A DNA stretch of 64,000 bases from Candidatus Brocadiia bacterium. GTDB taxonomy: Bacteria > Planctomycetota > Brocadiia > SM23-32. The stretch lies in assembly GCA_046483385.1 (NCBI GenBank), contig JAWODG010000152.1:9744-73743 (forward strand), read 5' to 3'. Shown in pieces: positions 33,707 through 42,789 of the stretch. Below the pieces are notes generated by a model. It did not search any database. It had not been told where the DNA came from and saw only the letters and a list, made by a program, of their open reading frames with translations. Each line of letters opens with the position of its first letter. Position 1 is the first letter of the stretch. A program made the position numbers and the translations under genes.

Positions 33707-34012
33707 ATGCCGATGGCGACCTCGCTGACCCCACAAGAGTATGAGATGGAGTTGGAGAGCCTCCGCGACTCGATCACCGCCTATATAGAGCGCGGGGAGG
33801 GGGAATACAAACGCATCCGGCGCCGCGCCGAAGAGCTGCTGCTTCTTCGCCATGAATTCCCGGAGGTCTATGCCCGTCACGAGGACATCGAGGGCATCAT
33901 TGCCGACCTGCTGGCCCGCGAGAAGCAGAAGGAGTTCATGTCGTGGTATAAGGAGGAGGAGGAAGCGCCGGGCTGTCTGGTCGGCTGGCTCTTCCGCCGC
34001 AAGGAGGAGTAG
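33707..34012 (+). CDS. Hypothetical small charged protein (~101 aa)
   Basis: ORF 33680..34012 trimmed to an ATG at 33707 (or 33713). The protein is a highly charged helical sequence with a short hydrophobic C-terminus (GCLVGWLF). I recognise no family. Confidence 0.42.
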   Translation: MPMATSLTPQEYEMELESLRDSITAYIERGEGEYKRIRRRAEELLLLRHEFPEVYARHEDIEGIIADLLAREKQKEFMSWYKEEEEAPGCLVGWLFRRKEE

Positions 34013-34015
34013 TCC

Positions 34016-35284
34016 TCAGCGTGCTTGGCCGGGGACCTCTTGCTTCGGGCCTATGCGCACCTGCAGGTTCACCGTCTCCGGGCGTGGTCCCGCCACGGTC
34101 TCAAGGCTCTGGCGGATTCCCGTGTGCCACCCAGTCCGTTCCTGCACTTCACGAGGGGCAACCGTGGTTCTCTCTTGCTTTTCAGAGGCGGCTTGCTGGT
34201 AGGTATTGTACCGTTCCACAATGTTCCGCAGGAAAGCTCGTTCCGGCGCCATAGTGTTGCGTAAGCTTTGGTCAGCGGGCCCGACCATGCCCGCCAGCTC
34301 GCCCAGCAGGTCAGTATAATTCTGTCCGGGCACCTGGAAGTACGCACACACCGTCCCGCCCTCAGCCACCTCCAGAACCGCGTGCACACCGTATCTATTG
34401 GCCGCCTCCACGGCTCTCACCAGGGCCCTCGCGGGCCCGTCGACGGCCAAATCCAGCACCTGTTGCACGTCCGCGTCGCGCGGAGCCACGTCGGCCGAGG
34501 CCTGTCTGAAAAGCAGTCGTTGCTCGGGCCGCGCAGCCGCTCGGTCTGTAAACCGCGACGTCACGTCCTCCGGCGCGGTCGGGCGGGGAACGCCCCTGCT
34601 TTCCGGGAGGCCCTCCAGCGTCGCCGTCATGTTACCGGGTGCATCTGTCACGGGCACGGCCATTTCCGCGCCCGCATCTTCTGTCTCAACGGACTGCTGG
34701 GGCGCGACGATGCGGTCCGGCTGGGCCATCCGCCTATTCAGGCCCGAAAGCAAGCCCTCCTCAGTCTCTGGTTCGGGTTCCCCCGAAGTCGCCAGCTCGA
34801 ACTCACCTCCCACCGATTTCGGACTTTCGGCCATACGTCGCACCGAATGGGCCTGTGTTCTGTCAGGCTGGTCCAAAGCGGGTCCTTCCCCGGCGGCCTC
34901 CTCTACGTCGCTCCGGGCCAGGGTGCGCTCGCCGCGAGGACGGAACAAGCCGTTCTGGCTGACGAGGAAGGTGGCGCCCACAACCAGCAGGAACATGGCG
35001 GCCACGGGCAGCGCTCTGGCCCAGATGAGTTTCACCAGCCGCCTCTGGGGGGTGCGTTCCCGCGCGGCCAACCGCTCGCGGACCCCTGCGGCGAAACCGT
35101 CCGGCGCGCGCAGGACAGGCAGTTCACGGACTGATTCCACGGCCCGGCGGAGGGGCGCCAGCTCAGCCCGACAGCGCTCGCACGATTCGAGGTGCGCCTC
35201 CAGCGCCTCCCGCTCGGCCGCATCCAGAGCATCGTCCAGATACTCGGAGAACCGTTCTTGATATTGTCGGCATTCGGTGTTCAT
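34016..35284 (-). CDS. Anti-sigma factor (zf-HC2 type) with TM helix and ~300-aa extracytoplasmic region
   Basis: It has the N-terminal zinc-binding anti-sigma motif C..(x)..HLESCERCRAEL and a single TM helix (ALPVAAMFLLVVGATFLV). An ATGA overlap joins it to the ECF sigma gene. Confidence 0.75.
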   Translation of the reverse strand: MNTECRQYQERFSEYLDDALDAAEREALEAHLESCERCRAELAPLRRAVESVRELPVLRAPDGFAAGVRERLAARERTPQRRLVKLIWARALPVAAMFLLVVGATFLVSQNGLFRPRGERTLARSDVEEAAGEGPALDQPDRTQAHSVRRMAESPKSVGGEFELATSGEPEPETEEGLLSGLNRRMAQPDRIVAPQQSVETEDAGAEMAVPVTDAPGNMTATLEGLPESRGVPRPTAPEDVTSRFTDRAAARPEQRLLFRQASADVAPRDADVQQVLDLAVDGPARALVRAVEAANRYGVHAVLEVAEGGTVCAYFQVPGQNYTDLLGELAGMVGPADQSLRNTMAPERAFLRNIVERYNTYQQAASEKQERTTVAPREVQERTGWHTGIRQSLETVAGPRPETVNLQVRIGPKQEVPGQAR

Positions 35285-35868
35285 CGCGTCTCTTCGAAAT
35301 ACGGTTCCAACAGTTCCTTAAGTTCCTGGCGCGCGCGGTAGAGGCGGCTCTTCACCGTCCCCTCGGGCACATCCAGCACGGAGGCCAGCTCCGCGTAGGA
35401 CATGCCCCGTATGTCGCGCAACACGATTATCTCCCGCAAGTCCTCGTTCAGCTCGGCTATTGCGCAGCGCACGGCGGCGATATCCTCGCCCCGCATGGTG
35501 GCCCGCAGAGGGCCGTCCGTTTCGGCGGCGGGCGCAATGTCCGGGCGCGTCTCGTCCTCCCGGGCGCGCTCCAGGCTCAGCATATTCCGCCGCTTCGAGC
35601 GCCGCCAGTAGTTGCGAACCATGTTCAGCATGATCCCATACACCCAGGTCGTGAACTTGGACCTCCCTTCGAACCCATCCAGGTTGTCGAAGGCACGGAC
35701 GAAGACTTCCTGCGCCAGGTCCTCGGTGTCCTTCTCATCGCCCACAAGGTGGAACACCGAGTTGTACACGTAGTCCTGGTGCCGCTCCACGAGCAGTCCG
35801 AACGCCTGCACGTCGCCGTCCTGGGCGCGCCGAACCAACTCCGCATCGCTGGGGGACGTCTCGCCCAT
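35281..35868 (-). CDS. ECF-type RNA polymerase sigma factor
   Basis: 195 aa. Region 2 (FGLLVERHQDYVYNSVFHLVGDEKDTEDLAQEVFVRAF) and region 4 (MSYAELASVLDVPEGTVKSRLYRARQEL) are present. Confidence 0.9.
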   Translation of the reverse strand: MGETSPSDAELVRRAQDGDVQAFGLLVERHQDYVYNSVFHLVGDEKDTEDLAQEVFVRAFDNLDGFEGRSKFTTWVYGIMLNMVRNYWRRSKRRNMLSLERAREDETRPDIAPAAETDGPLRATMRGEDIAAVRCAIAELNEDLREIIVLRDIRGMSYAELASVLDVPEGTVKSRLYRARQELKELLEPYFEETR

Positions 35869-35885
35869 GCGTGCCCTTCATAATC

Positions 35886-35913
35886 TTTAGACGCATCAGA
35901 TGGGTTTTTGTTC
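35886..35913 (-). promoter_or_regulatory. ECF-type (autoregulatory) promoter upstream of the ECF sigma gene
   Basis: The minus strand reads GGAACAA-N16-TCTAA. It can equally be read as GGAAC-N16-CGTCT. It ends 18 nt before the ATG at 35868, and matches the GGAAC..(CGTC/TCTAA) architecture of ECF promoters. Confidence 0.45.
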
Positions 35914-36056
35914 CAACGTCGACGGCACATCTCCAGCACGTGCATAATATAGCCGAAAGAGCCGCCGGAGCAAAAGGCCGCACAGGCGGAGCTTGCAGAC
36001 GTCGACACCACGCACTACACTCGGGCAGCGACCCCAAGACCAGAGCGGAAAACGGG

Positions 36057-36620
36057 ATGCAGCAATCTACCACATGGGCGCAAGCGATGGCGGCGACGCT
36101 CGCCGGGGCTGAGTCCGCGGCCGTGGACATCATGGAGTCCCTCGGCCCCATCCGCCCCCAGCAGAGCGGCTGGACGACGCGGCGAACCATAGCGGTGGGG
36201 CTGGCGGTCGGCTTTGTGATTGTGGCCTTCTACTTCCTCTACAGGGGCCGCCGGCGGCGGCATCGAGTGAAGAGGCAACCGGCACCGCGCCCCGATGCAG
36301 CCCTGCCCACCCGCCCGGAGGACGGCGAAGCGCCGCAGTTTTACCGGCGTTTGGTGGGGGGACTGCGGGCCGCGCTGAACGGAGGGGAAGCCCACAGCTA
36401 CACCGCCCGAGAGTTGGCGGACGCGCTAACGGCGCAACTGCCGGACAGCGAAGCGGACGGCATCCGCGAAAAGGTGGAGACCATGGTCCGGCGGACCGAG
36501 GAGGCGGCCTACGGCGGCGTTGACGTGGACGTCTCGGACCGGCGGGCCGACCTCGAGCTGGCCAGAGACCTGCTGGAGCGCCTCGGGGCCCGTCCCCGCG
36601 AGACCGGAGGCGAACCGTGA
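36057..36620 (+). CDS. DUF4381-like membrane protein (Bat-operon accessory)
   Basis: ORF 35871..36620 trimmed to the ATG at 36057. It has one TM helix (TIAVGLAVGFVIVAFYFLY) followed by an RRRRH stop-transfer sequence and a helical C-terminal domain. A GTGA overlap joins it to the BatA-like gene. Confidence 0.45.
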   Translation: MQQSTTWAQAMAATLAGAESAAVDIMESLGPIRPQQSGWTTRRTIAVGLAVGFVIVAFYFLYRGRRRRHRVKRQPAPRPDAALPTRPEDGEAPQFYRRLVGGLRAALNGGEAHSYTARELADALTAQLPDSEADGIREKVETMVRRTEEAAYGGVDVDVSDRRADLELARDLLERLGARPRETGGEP

Positions 36621-37585
36621 CCCTGGTCCGTCCGCTGGTGCTGTTGTTGCTTCTGCCCCTGTTTCTGCTGCGGCGACGAGGCGCCCACCGCCCCCCCGTC
36701 GCGCTGCCCGGGCCGAGCGAACCCACTTTGCGAGTCCGGCTTGTCCCCCTCCCCCGCCACCTCGCCACGCTCGCAGCGGCATTGGCCGTACTGGCGGCCG
36801 CCGGGCCGACGGAACTGGCCGCCTACCGCCCGGACCGCCGAATGGCCCGCGACATCGTTCTCGCGCTCGACACGTCCGAGAGCATGCGTGCTGTGGACTT
36901 CGCCCCGGGCGGACGACCCGCCTCCCGCATGGCGGCCGCCCGGCGGTTCGCCGCCGAGTTCATCCGACGCCGCGAGGGCGACCGCATCGGCATCGTCGCC
37001 TTCGGCGGGCGCGCCGTCACGCAGTGCCCCCTGACCTTTGACCGCGAAATCGCGGTACGGTTGCTCGATTACGTTGAGCCGGAGATGCTGGGCAAGCGCA
37101 CGGCGCTCGGAGACGGCCTGGGGCTGGCGACCGCCCGCCTGGACGGAGGCGGCGCCTGCGTGCTGATCAGCGACGGGCAGAACACGGCGGGCACCCTCAG
37201 TCCGGAGCGGGCCGCAGAGGCGGCGGCCGAGAAAGGCGTCCGCGTCTACGCCATCGCGGTGGGCTCTGAAGGCCCCGTTCCCGTCCCGGCCCGCATGCCG
37301 TCGGGCCGCACGCGCACGGTGATGAAGGATTACCAGTTGGACGAGGCCACACTCCGCCAGGTGGCCAAAGCAACCGGTGGAAAGTATTTCCGCGCCGATG
37401 ACGCGGAGACTCTCCGAAGCGTCTTCGCAGAAATCGACACACTGGAGGAAACGCCGAAGAAGACGGTGCGACCGGCACGGGCCGGTGCGTGGGTCACGGG
37501 ACTGACGGTCGCCGCGGCCGTTTGTCTTCTGGTGGCGCTCGTCCTGTCCGCCACCGCCCTGCGAACAGCGCCCGTGCTGAAGTGA
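36617..37585 (+). CDS. VWA domain-containing protein (BatA-like)
   Basis: It has an N-terminal TM helix, the MIDAS motif DIVLALDTSESM, the VWA core (IGIVAFGGRAV.., VLISDGQNTAG) and a C-terminal TM helix. Confidence 0.8.
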   Translation: MTLVRPLVLLLLLPLFLLRRRGAHRPPVALPGPSEPTLRVRLVPLPRHLATLAAALAVLAAAGPTELAAYRPDRRMARDIVLALDTSESMRAVDFAPGGRPASRMAAARRFAAEFIRRREGDRIGIVAFGGRAVTQCPLTFDREIAVRLLDYVEPEMLGKRTALGDGLGLATARLDGGGACVLISDGQNTAGTLSPERAAEAAAEKGVRVYAIAVGSEGPVPVPARMPSGRTRTVMKDYQLDEATLRQVAKATGGKYFRADDAETLRSVFAEIDTLEETPKKTVRPARAGAWVTGLTVAAAVCLLVALVLSATALRTAPVLK

Positions 37586-37719
37586 GTGCAGATGCGTAGC
37601 GCCAGTTCCACCCTCCGCTGCCGGCCGCCGGGCGGCCGGTTTTGGAGTGCGAGCCCGCCGTATGGGAAGCGGCACATCAGGAAGGCTGCGGACAGAAAGC
37701 GCGAGACGACATCACATCC

Positions 37720-39585
37720 TCAACAGCTGTATTCCTCTACGCGCTGCTCCAGCCGACGGGGGCTGTCTTGCAGGCCGCCCACCCGGTTGCGGGCCACCCA
37801 CAGGCGCCGGTGTTCCCCCAGGATGATACGCATGTCGGCGGCCAACTCATTGCGCGTCTCCTCGTCCTCGATGGCGCCCGTGCAGAGCGCGATGCCGCGC
37901 CGGCAGGCGTGCACCAGCATGTGGGCCGCGTTGGTGAACTCGTCGTGGATCAGGTCCGCGTCCGGGCGGTCCATACGGGCGCGGGGCAGCACTTCCATGA
38001 CCGACTCCACGTAGCGACGCGTGGCCTCCAGCTTCTCCTCGGTGACGCCCGGCGCCAGTGCCCGCTCGGGCGGCTGGTGCAGCAGATGGAAGAGGCCGGT
38101 TCCCCAAACCTGCCCGTGAGGCGCCTCGCTGCCCGCGTGGCCGACGTGCTGGTAGGCGTTGCCAAGGTCGTAGGCCAGCCGCCCCATGATGCCCGCCCGG
38201 TCGCGGAAGGCGTGCATGTCGAGCGCGGCGACGATGTCCCGCCGCCTTTTGGCCGCCGAACACCAGGAGAGCGCGGCTCCGGCCGCGTAGCCCAGGAAGC
38301 TCACCGGCAGGTATTGCAGGTGCCCGTTGTCCCCCCAGTCGGTGTTCAGCAGTCCGAGCGCGCCATGCTCCAGCCCGTTCTCGGAGGCGTTCCGGATGTT
38401 GGCCAAACAGACGTCCGTGCGCCCGGCGATGCTGTTCCACGTGGACGTCCCGGGGCAGACGTAGAACGGCACGCCGGAGTCGGCTACCTTCGCGCACTCC
38501 TCCTCGTACGGATGGTCGGCCCGGTAGCCCCATATCAGCACCGTGATGTCTTCGGGAAGTTCCCGGACCAGCTCCACGTTGTGCCGCACGATGATGTCGC
38601 CCCAGAAAAGCATGGTTCGCCCGTGCCTTTTCACTAGGTCGTGGATCTTCAGGAGGAAATCCAGATAGACCCGGCCGTTCCCCTTCTTTTCGCACTCCCC
38701 CTTACTGCGGCCCCGGCCCAGCTCCCAGGTCTCGTCGCAGCCGACGTTGAACTTGTCGCTGATGAAGTGCGGCAGCAGCTCCCCGTACATCTCTTCCAGC
38801 AACTCCAGGCTTCGCGGGTCCGTCGGACAGAGGGTGTGCGGCACATCGTGCCAGCCGCCATGCGGCCCTTCGTAACCCTCGGGACATTCGGCCAGCGGGC
38901 GGTACCGGGGGTGCTTGAGCCAGCGGTGGAAATGGCCGAAGGAGTTCTGGTTGGGCACCAGTTCGATGAACCGTTCGCGACAGTACTCGTCCAGCCGGGC
39001 GATGTCCTCCCCCGTCATCGGGCTCGCCTGGGCCCAGACCTCCCGATGGTTGCGGTAAGCGAAGGTGTGCTCGGTGTAGAGCTCCAGATGGTTCACCTTC
39101 CACTCGGCCAGCATGTCGATCAGACCGAACAGCGTCTCCAGCTTCGGCACCTTGTCGCGGCTGATGTCCAGCATGACGCCGCGCGTGGCGAAGTCCGGAT
39201 AGTCCTCGATGTCGCCGGCGGGCAGGGACCGCTCGCACTGGCGCAGCATCTGCGTCAGCGTCATGACACCGTAGAAGGCGCCCGCCGGATCAGCGGCGGT
39301 CAGCTCCAGACGGCTGCCGTCTACGTGCAGCGTGTAGCCCTCGTCCGGCAGTTCGCATCCGGGGTCCAGCCGTACGACGGGCCCGGTCTCGGCGTCGCCC
39401 GCCCGCAACGCCCAACGGAGTCCCTGCGTCTCCCAGACGGCATCTTGCAGGCGCCGGCCCATGGGCAGGAGCGTTGGAAGGTCGCCGGAAAGCGTCAGAG
39501 TGGTGTCCGGCCTCAGCATGAACTCCCCGGCCGCCGGCGTGGCGCTGCGTGGACGGGGAAGGAAAACAAGATGCTCTATGGACAT
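37720..39585 (-). CDS. Glycoside hydrolase family 20 (beta-N-acetylhexosaminidase-like), no signal peptide
   Basis: 621 aa. It contains the GH20 catalytic-domain start FATRGVMLDISRDKVP..LIDMLAEWKVNHLELYTEHTFAY, and HFISDKFNVGCDETWELG holds the D-E catalytic pair context. Confidence 0.78.
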   Translation of the reverse strand: MSIEHLVFLPRPRSATPAAGEFMLRPDTTLTLSGDLPTLLPMGRRLQDAVWETQGLRWALRAGDAETGPVVRLDPGCELPDEGYTLHVDGSRLELTAADPAGAFYGVMTLTQMLRQCERSLPAGDIEDYPDFATRGVMLDISRDKVPKLETLFGLIDMLAEWKVNHLELYTEHTFAYRNHREVWAQASPMTGEDIARLDEYCRERFIELVPNQNSFGHFHRWLKHPRYRPLAECPEGYEGPHGGWHDVPHTLCPTDPRSLELLEEMYGELLPHFISDKFNVGCDETWELGRGRSKGECEKKGNGRVYLDFLLKIHDLVKRHGRTMLFWGDIIVRHNVELVRELPEDITVLIWGYRADHPYEEECAKVADSGVPFYVCPGTSTWNSIAGRTDVCLANIRNASENGLEHGALGLLNTDWGDNGHLQYLPVSFLGYAAGAALSWCSAAKRRRDIVAALDMHAFRDRAGIMGRLAYDLGNAYQHVGHAGSEAPHGQVWGTGLFHLLHQPPERALAPGVTEEKLEATRRYVESVMEVLPRARMDRPDADLIHDEFTNAAHMLVHACRRGIALCTGAIEDEETRNELAADMRIILGEHRRLWVARNRVGGLQDSPRRLEQRVEEYSC

Positions 39586-39639
39586 TGGGCGGTCCCCCTG
39601 GCAAATGCCGTGCGATGAGGGGAGGTATTCTTACAGGAC

Positions 39640-40175
39640 GCCCGACGGCGCGCAAGTCGCGGGAAGGCAGGAAGGAAGGGCTGGGAAGCGAAAGCGGCAT
39701 GGCGGAGCGGCTGGGCCAGTACACTCTCAAGACCGTGACACAGCCTCCTCGCCCCGCCACACACAGGGTCGGAGATCCTTCACCCGCTCGCTAAGAGCGG
39801 GTTCAGGATGACCGTCCCTGGGACCCGCGCGTGATGCTTTACCACGAGAGCGAGCATGAGGGAACGGCTCAGCCCCTATGCTTTGCAGACCGGGACACAA
39901 CCCCCGCAGTTCGCCACACGCAAAGGGTCGGAGATGCTTCTTTGCGCCCTGCGGCGGACTCAGCATGACCGCCACCGGCTATACTTACGCGTTCTGTGCA
40001 GCCGACGAGATGCCACGCAGACGGACAGGAAGCCCGCCGCATGGCGGGCGACAGGTGTTAGCCCCGGACGTCAGTCCGGGGGAAACGCCGGGCGGAACAG
40101 CTGAACCCGCCGCATGGCGGGTGGCACACCGTGGAAGGCCAACCGGCGAGCAAGAGCACGAGGGAGCGGCGAATA
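39640..40175. repeat. Cluster of REP-like modules: ~160-nt tandem duplication plus a three-hairpin module, 3' of the helicase gene
   Basis: Two related units occur at about 39688-39812 and 39848-39971, with the exact 11-mer GGGTCGGAGAT at 39766 and 39925. They are followed by 40021-40170, which is homologous to 21771-21923. Hairpin stems include CCCGCC/GGCGGG and CCCCGGAC/GTCCGGGG. Confidence 0.7.
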
Positions 40176-40182
40176 GCGCCGT

Positions 40183-42393
40183 TCACGCGGGGGCTATGTC
40201 CTCCGAGGGCAGCAGCATGACCATCGGGCCGTGCTCGACGAAGTGGACCCGCACCATATGGCGCGTGCCCATCGGCTTGATCTCCAGTATCTTGCCCTCG
40301 CCCCAGTGGGGATGCTCGACCTTCACTCCCTCGGCCAGTCGGTCCCCGTCGCCGCCGTCCAGTATGCGGAGGGAAATCCGCTGTTTCTTCTTCAGCACGT
40401 AGTCCATCTCGCGGGCGAACCCGGCGGCCGACGACGCAGGCGCTGTCGGCGAAGCCGGCGACTCGTCCTCCACCACATCGTCCGGCAACTCGCTCAGGAA
40501 CGGAGACGGCGTGGCGATTTCCTCGCGTCCCTGCACGCGCCGACGCCGGGCGTGCGAGAGGTAAAGCTGCTCCCGGGCGCGCGTCATACCGACGTAGAAC
40601 AGCCGGCGCTCCTCCTCCAGCGCCTCCCGTTCGGTGCCGTCGATGCGGTCCTCCAGCGCCCGTCGATGAGGCAGCACTTCGTCCTCGACTCCCACAATGA
40701 ACACGACGTCGAACTCGAGGCCCTTGGCCGAGTGCAGCGTCATGAAGGGCACGGCGCGTGCCTGCGCCTTCCACCCGTCCACGTCGCTGACAAGCGCCGC
40801 CTGCTCCAGAAAACCCATCAGGTCACCCTCGGGGTTGCGCTCGTCGTATTCCTGCGCATAGCCCAGGAAGTAGTCCACCACCTCGCGGGTGTCCTCCCGC
40901 TGGGAATCGGGCTGTCCCTCCACGTAGTTGGTCAATTCAATCAGTTCTTTCAGCAACTCGCGCATGCCGTCCGCCTCTATCTGGCCGAGTCGGCGGTAGA
41001 GGTCGTGAAAGGCCTCCACGGCGCTTGTCGCCCGGGCGCCGAGCGCGTCAATCTCCTGCGCGCGTCCGGCCGCCTCCAGCAGGGACACATTCATCCGGGC
41101 CGCCGCCTCCGTCAGCCTCTCGAGCGTCTTGTTCCCTATGCCGCGCGAAGGATTGTTGATGATGCGCCGGCAGGACTCATCGTCCCGGGGATTGACCAGA
41201 AGCTGGAGGTAGGCCCGCAGGTCCTTGACCTCCTTGCGGTCGAAAAACCCCACGCTGTCCACCACCTGGTGGGGCAGCGACAGTGTAGCGAAGGCGTCCT
41301 CCAGCGGCATCGACTGGTATTTTGTTCGGTAGAAGACAGCTATCTCGGAGGGCGGGACGTCATCGTTGATCAGCTCATCCACCTTCCGCGCCACCCACCG
41401 GGCCTCATCGTAGGAGTCGGAGAAGCCCCGCAGCACGATGGGCGGCCCGCCTTCCCGCTCGGTCCACAACTCCTTCTCGTGGCGAAGCACGTTGTGGCTG
41501 ATACAGGCGGAGGCGCCGCGCAGGATGTTGCCCGTCGAGCGGTAGTTCCGCTCCAGCGTGACGATGCGCGTGCCGGGGAAGTCCTCTTCAAACTCCAGCA
41601 GATTGTCCAGCCGCGCTCCGCGCCAACTGTAGATCATCTGGTCCGGGTCGCCCACCGCCGTGATGTTGCGGTGCTTGCCCTGCAGGGCGCGGGCTATGAG
41701 GTGCTGGGCCAGATTGGTGTCCTGGTATTCGTCCACCAGCACGTGGAGGTAAGTGTCCTGATAGTCGGCCAGCACGCGCGGGCTTTGCCGGAAAACCTCG
41801 AGCGTCTTCAGCAGCAGATCGTCGAAGTCGAGCGCGTTGTTGCGGGCCAGCTCCTCCTCGTAATCGCGATAGGCGGTGGCCAGGGTCTTCTCTTCGATGC
41901 CCATCGCGTCCTCTTCGCAGTCGGCAGGGCCGATGATGCGGTCCTTCCGGTTGCCTATGAATTCCAGCACGTGGGCCGGCTTGAAGGTGGCGTCGTCGAG
42001 CTGACGGTCCTTGATGATACGTCGGATGACCCGCAGCGAATCGGTCCTGTCGTAGATGGTGAAGGACGGGTCCCGGCCGATGTTGGCTATTTCCCGGCGG
42101 AGGAACCGGGCGCACCAGCTATGGAAGGTGCTGACGTAGACATCCTCTCCCACGAGCGCCTCCACGCGGCGGCGCATCTCGTCGGCCGCCTTGTTGGTGA
42201 AGGTCAGGGCCAGCACGCGGTCGGGCGGGACACCGTCGGCCAGCAGGTAAGCGATGCGGCGGGTGATGACGCGCGTCTTACCGCTGCCCGCCCCCGCCAC
42301 GACCAGCAAGGGGCCCTCTCCGTGGCACACGGCCTCCCGCTGGGATTCCGTCAGTCCTTCGACGATGGCCTGCGTGCTGTCGTTTCGTGGCAT
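40183..42393 (-). CDS. pcrA: ATP-dependent DNA helicase, UvrD/PcrA family
   Basis: ORF 40183..42525 trimmed to the ATG at 42393. It has motif I (VVAGAGSGKTRVITRRIAYLL), motif II (VLVDEYQDTN), VGDPDQMIYSWRGA and TLHSAKGLEFDVVF, plus a C-terminal Tudor-like tail. Confidence 0.9.
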   Translation of the reverse strand: MPRNDSTQAIVEGLTESQREAVCHGEGPLLVVAGAGSGKTRVITRRIAYLLADGVPPDRVLALTFTNKAADEMRRRVEALVGEDVYVSTFHSWCARFLRREIANIGRDPSFTIYDRTDSLRVIRRIIKDRQLDDATFKPAHVLEFIGNRKDRIIGPADCEEDAMGIEEKTLATAYRDYEEELARNNALDFDDLLLKTLEVFRQSPRVLADYQDTYLHVLVDEYQDTNLAQHLIARALQGKHRNITAVGDPDQMIYSWRGARLDNLLEFEEDFPGTRIVTLERNYRSTGNILRGASACISHNVLRHEKELWTEREGGPPIVLRGFSDSYDEARWVARKVDELINDDVPPSEIAVFYRTKYQSMPLEDAFATLSLPHQVVDSVGFFDRKEVKDLRAYLQLLVNPRDDESCRRIINNPSRGIGNKTLERLTEAAARMNVSLLEAAGRAQEIDALGARATSAVEAFHDLYRRLGQIEADGMRELLKELIELTNYVEGQPDSQREDTREVVDYFLGYAQEYDERNPEGDLMGFLEQAALVSDVDGWKAQARAVPFMTLHSAKGLEFDVVFIVGVEDEVLPHRRALEDRIDGTEREALEEERRLFYVGMTRAREQLYLSHARRRRVQGREEIATPSPFLSELPDDVVEDESPASPTAPASSAAGFAREMDYVLKKKQRISLRILDGGDGDRLAEGVKVEHPHWGEGKILEIKPMGTRHMVRVHFVEHGPMVMLLPSEDIAPA

Positions 42394-42481
42394 GGGCAGA
42401 GCAGAACCGAAGAATAGTAACGTGTTGGCCGAAAAAGACTTAGAGTGGAAAGGCGCCTGCGCCGTCCCCGTGACTTCCCTC

Positions 42482-42510
42482 ATCATAGGCCGGGGCGCCC
42501 GAGGTGTCAA
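42482..42510 (-). promoter_or_regulatory. Sigma70-like promoter of the helicase gene
   Basis: The minus strand reads TTGACA-N17-TATGAT, about 85 nt upstream of the ATG at 42393. Confidence 0.55.
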
Positions 42511-42578
42511 ACGGGTCTTGCGCACCCGCCGGTCTGTGGTTTATGCTGTCTGTTGGGAGAAACTGGGAGCGAACCGGC

Positions 42579-42752
42579 ATGCGGCTGAAGACAATCCTGG
42601 CATTTCTGGTACTGACCTCGGCGCTGGGCTGCGCTGTGCCCGACCGCATCAGGGAGATCCAGCCGCCCGAGCAGCCGCCTTTGCCCCAACTGGAACAGCA
42701 TCTGGACTATCAGGACCCGGATGCCGGGGAACCGGACTATATCGTGGAGTGA
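42579..42752 (+). CDS. Small lipoprotein (57 aa, hypothetical)
   Basis: ORF 42504..42752 trimmed to the ATG at 42579 (GGGAG lies upstream). MRLKTILAFLVLTSALGC carries a lipobox and is followed by a Pro/Gln/Asp-rich tail. Confidence 0.5.
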   Translation: MRLKTILAFLVLTSALGCAVPDRIREIQPPEQPPLPQLEQHLDYQDPDAGEPDYIVE

Positions 42753-42789
42753 GCGGGGTACGGTACCGTCCCCGCACGGGAGCTGAACT

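Noticed and set aside
39688-39971. Possible CRISPR array suggested by the tandem repeats
   Set aside because: There are only two units, each about 125 nt long and imperfect, with a ~35-nt linker. This is not a series of short 25-40-nt direct repeats separated by unique spacers, and no cas genes are in the window.
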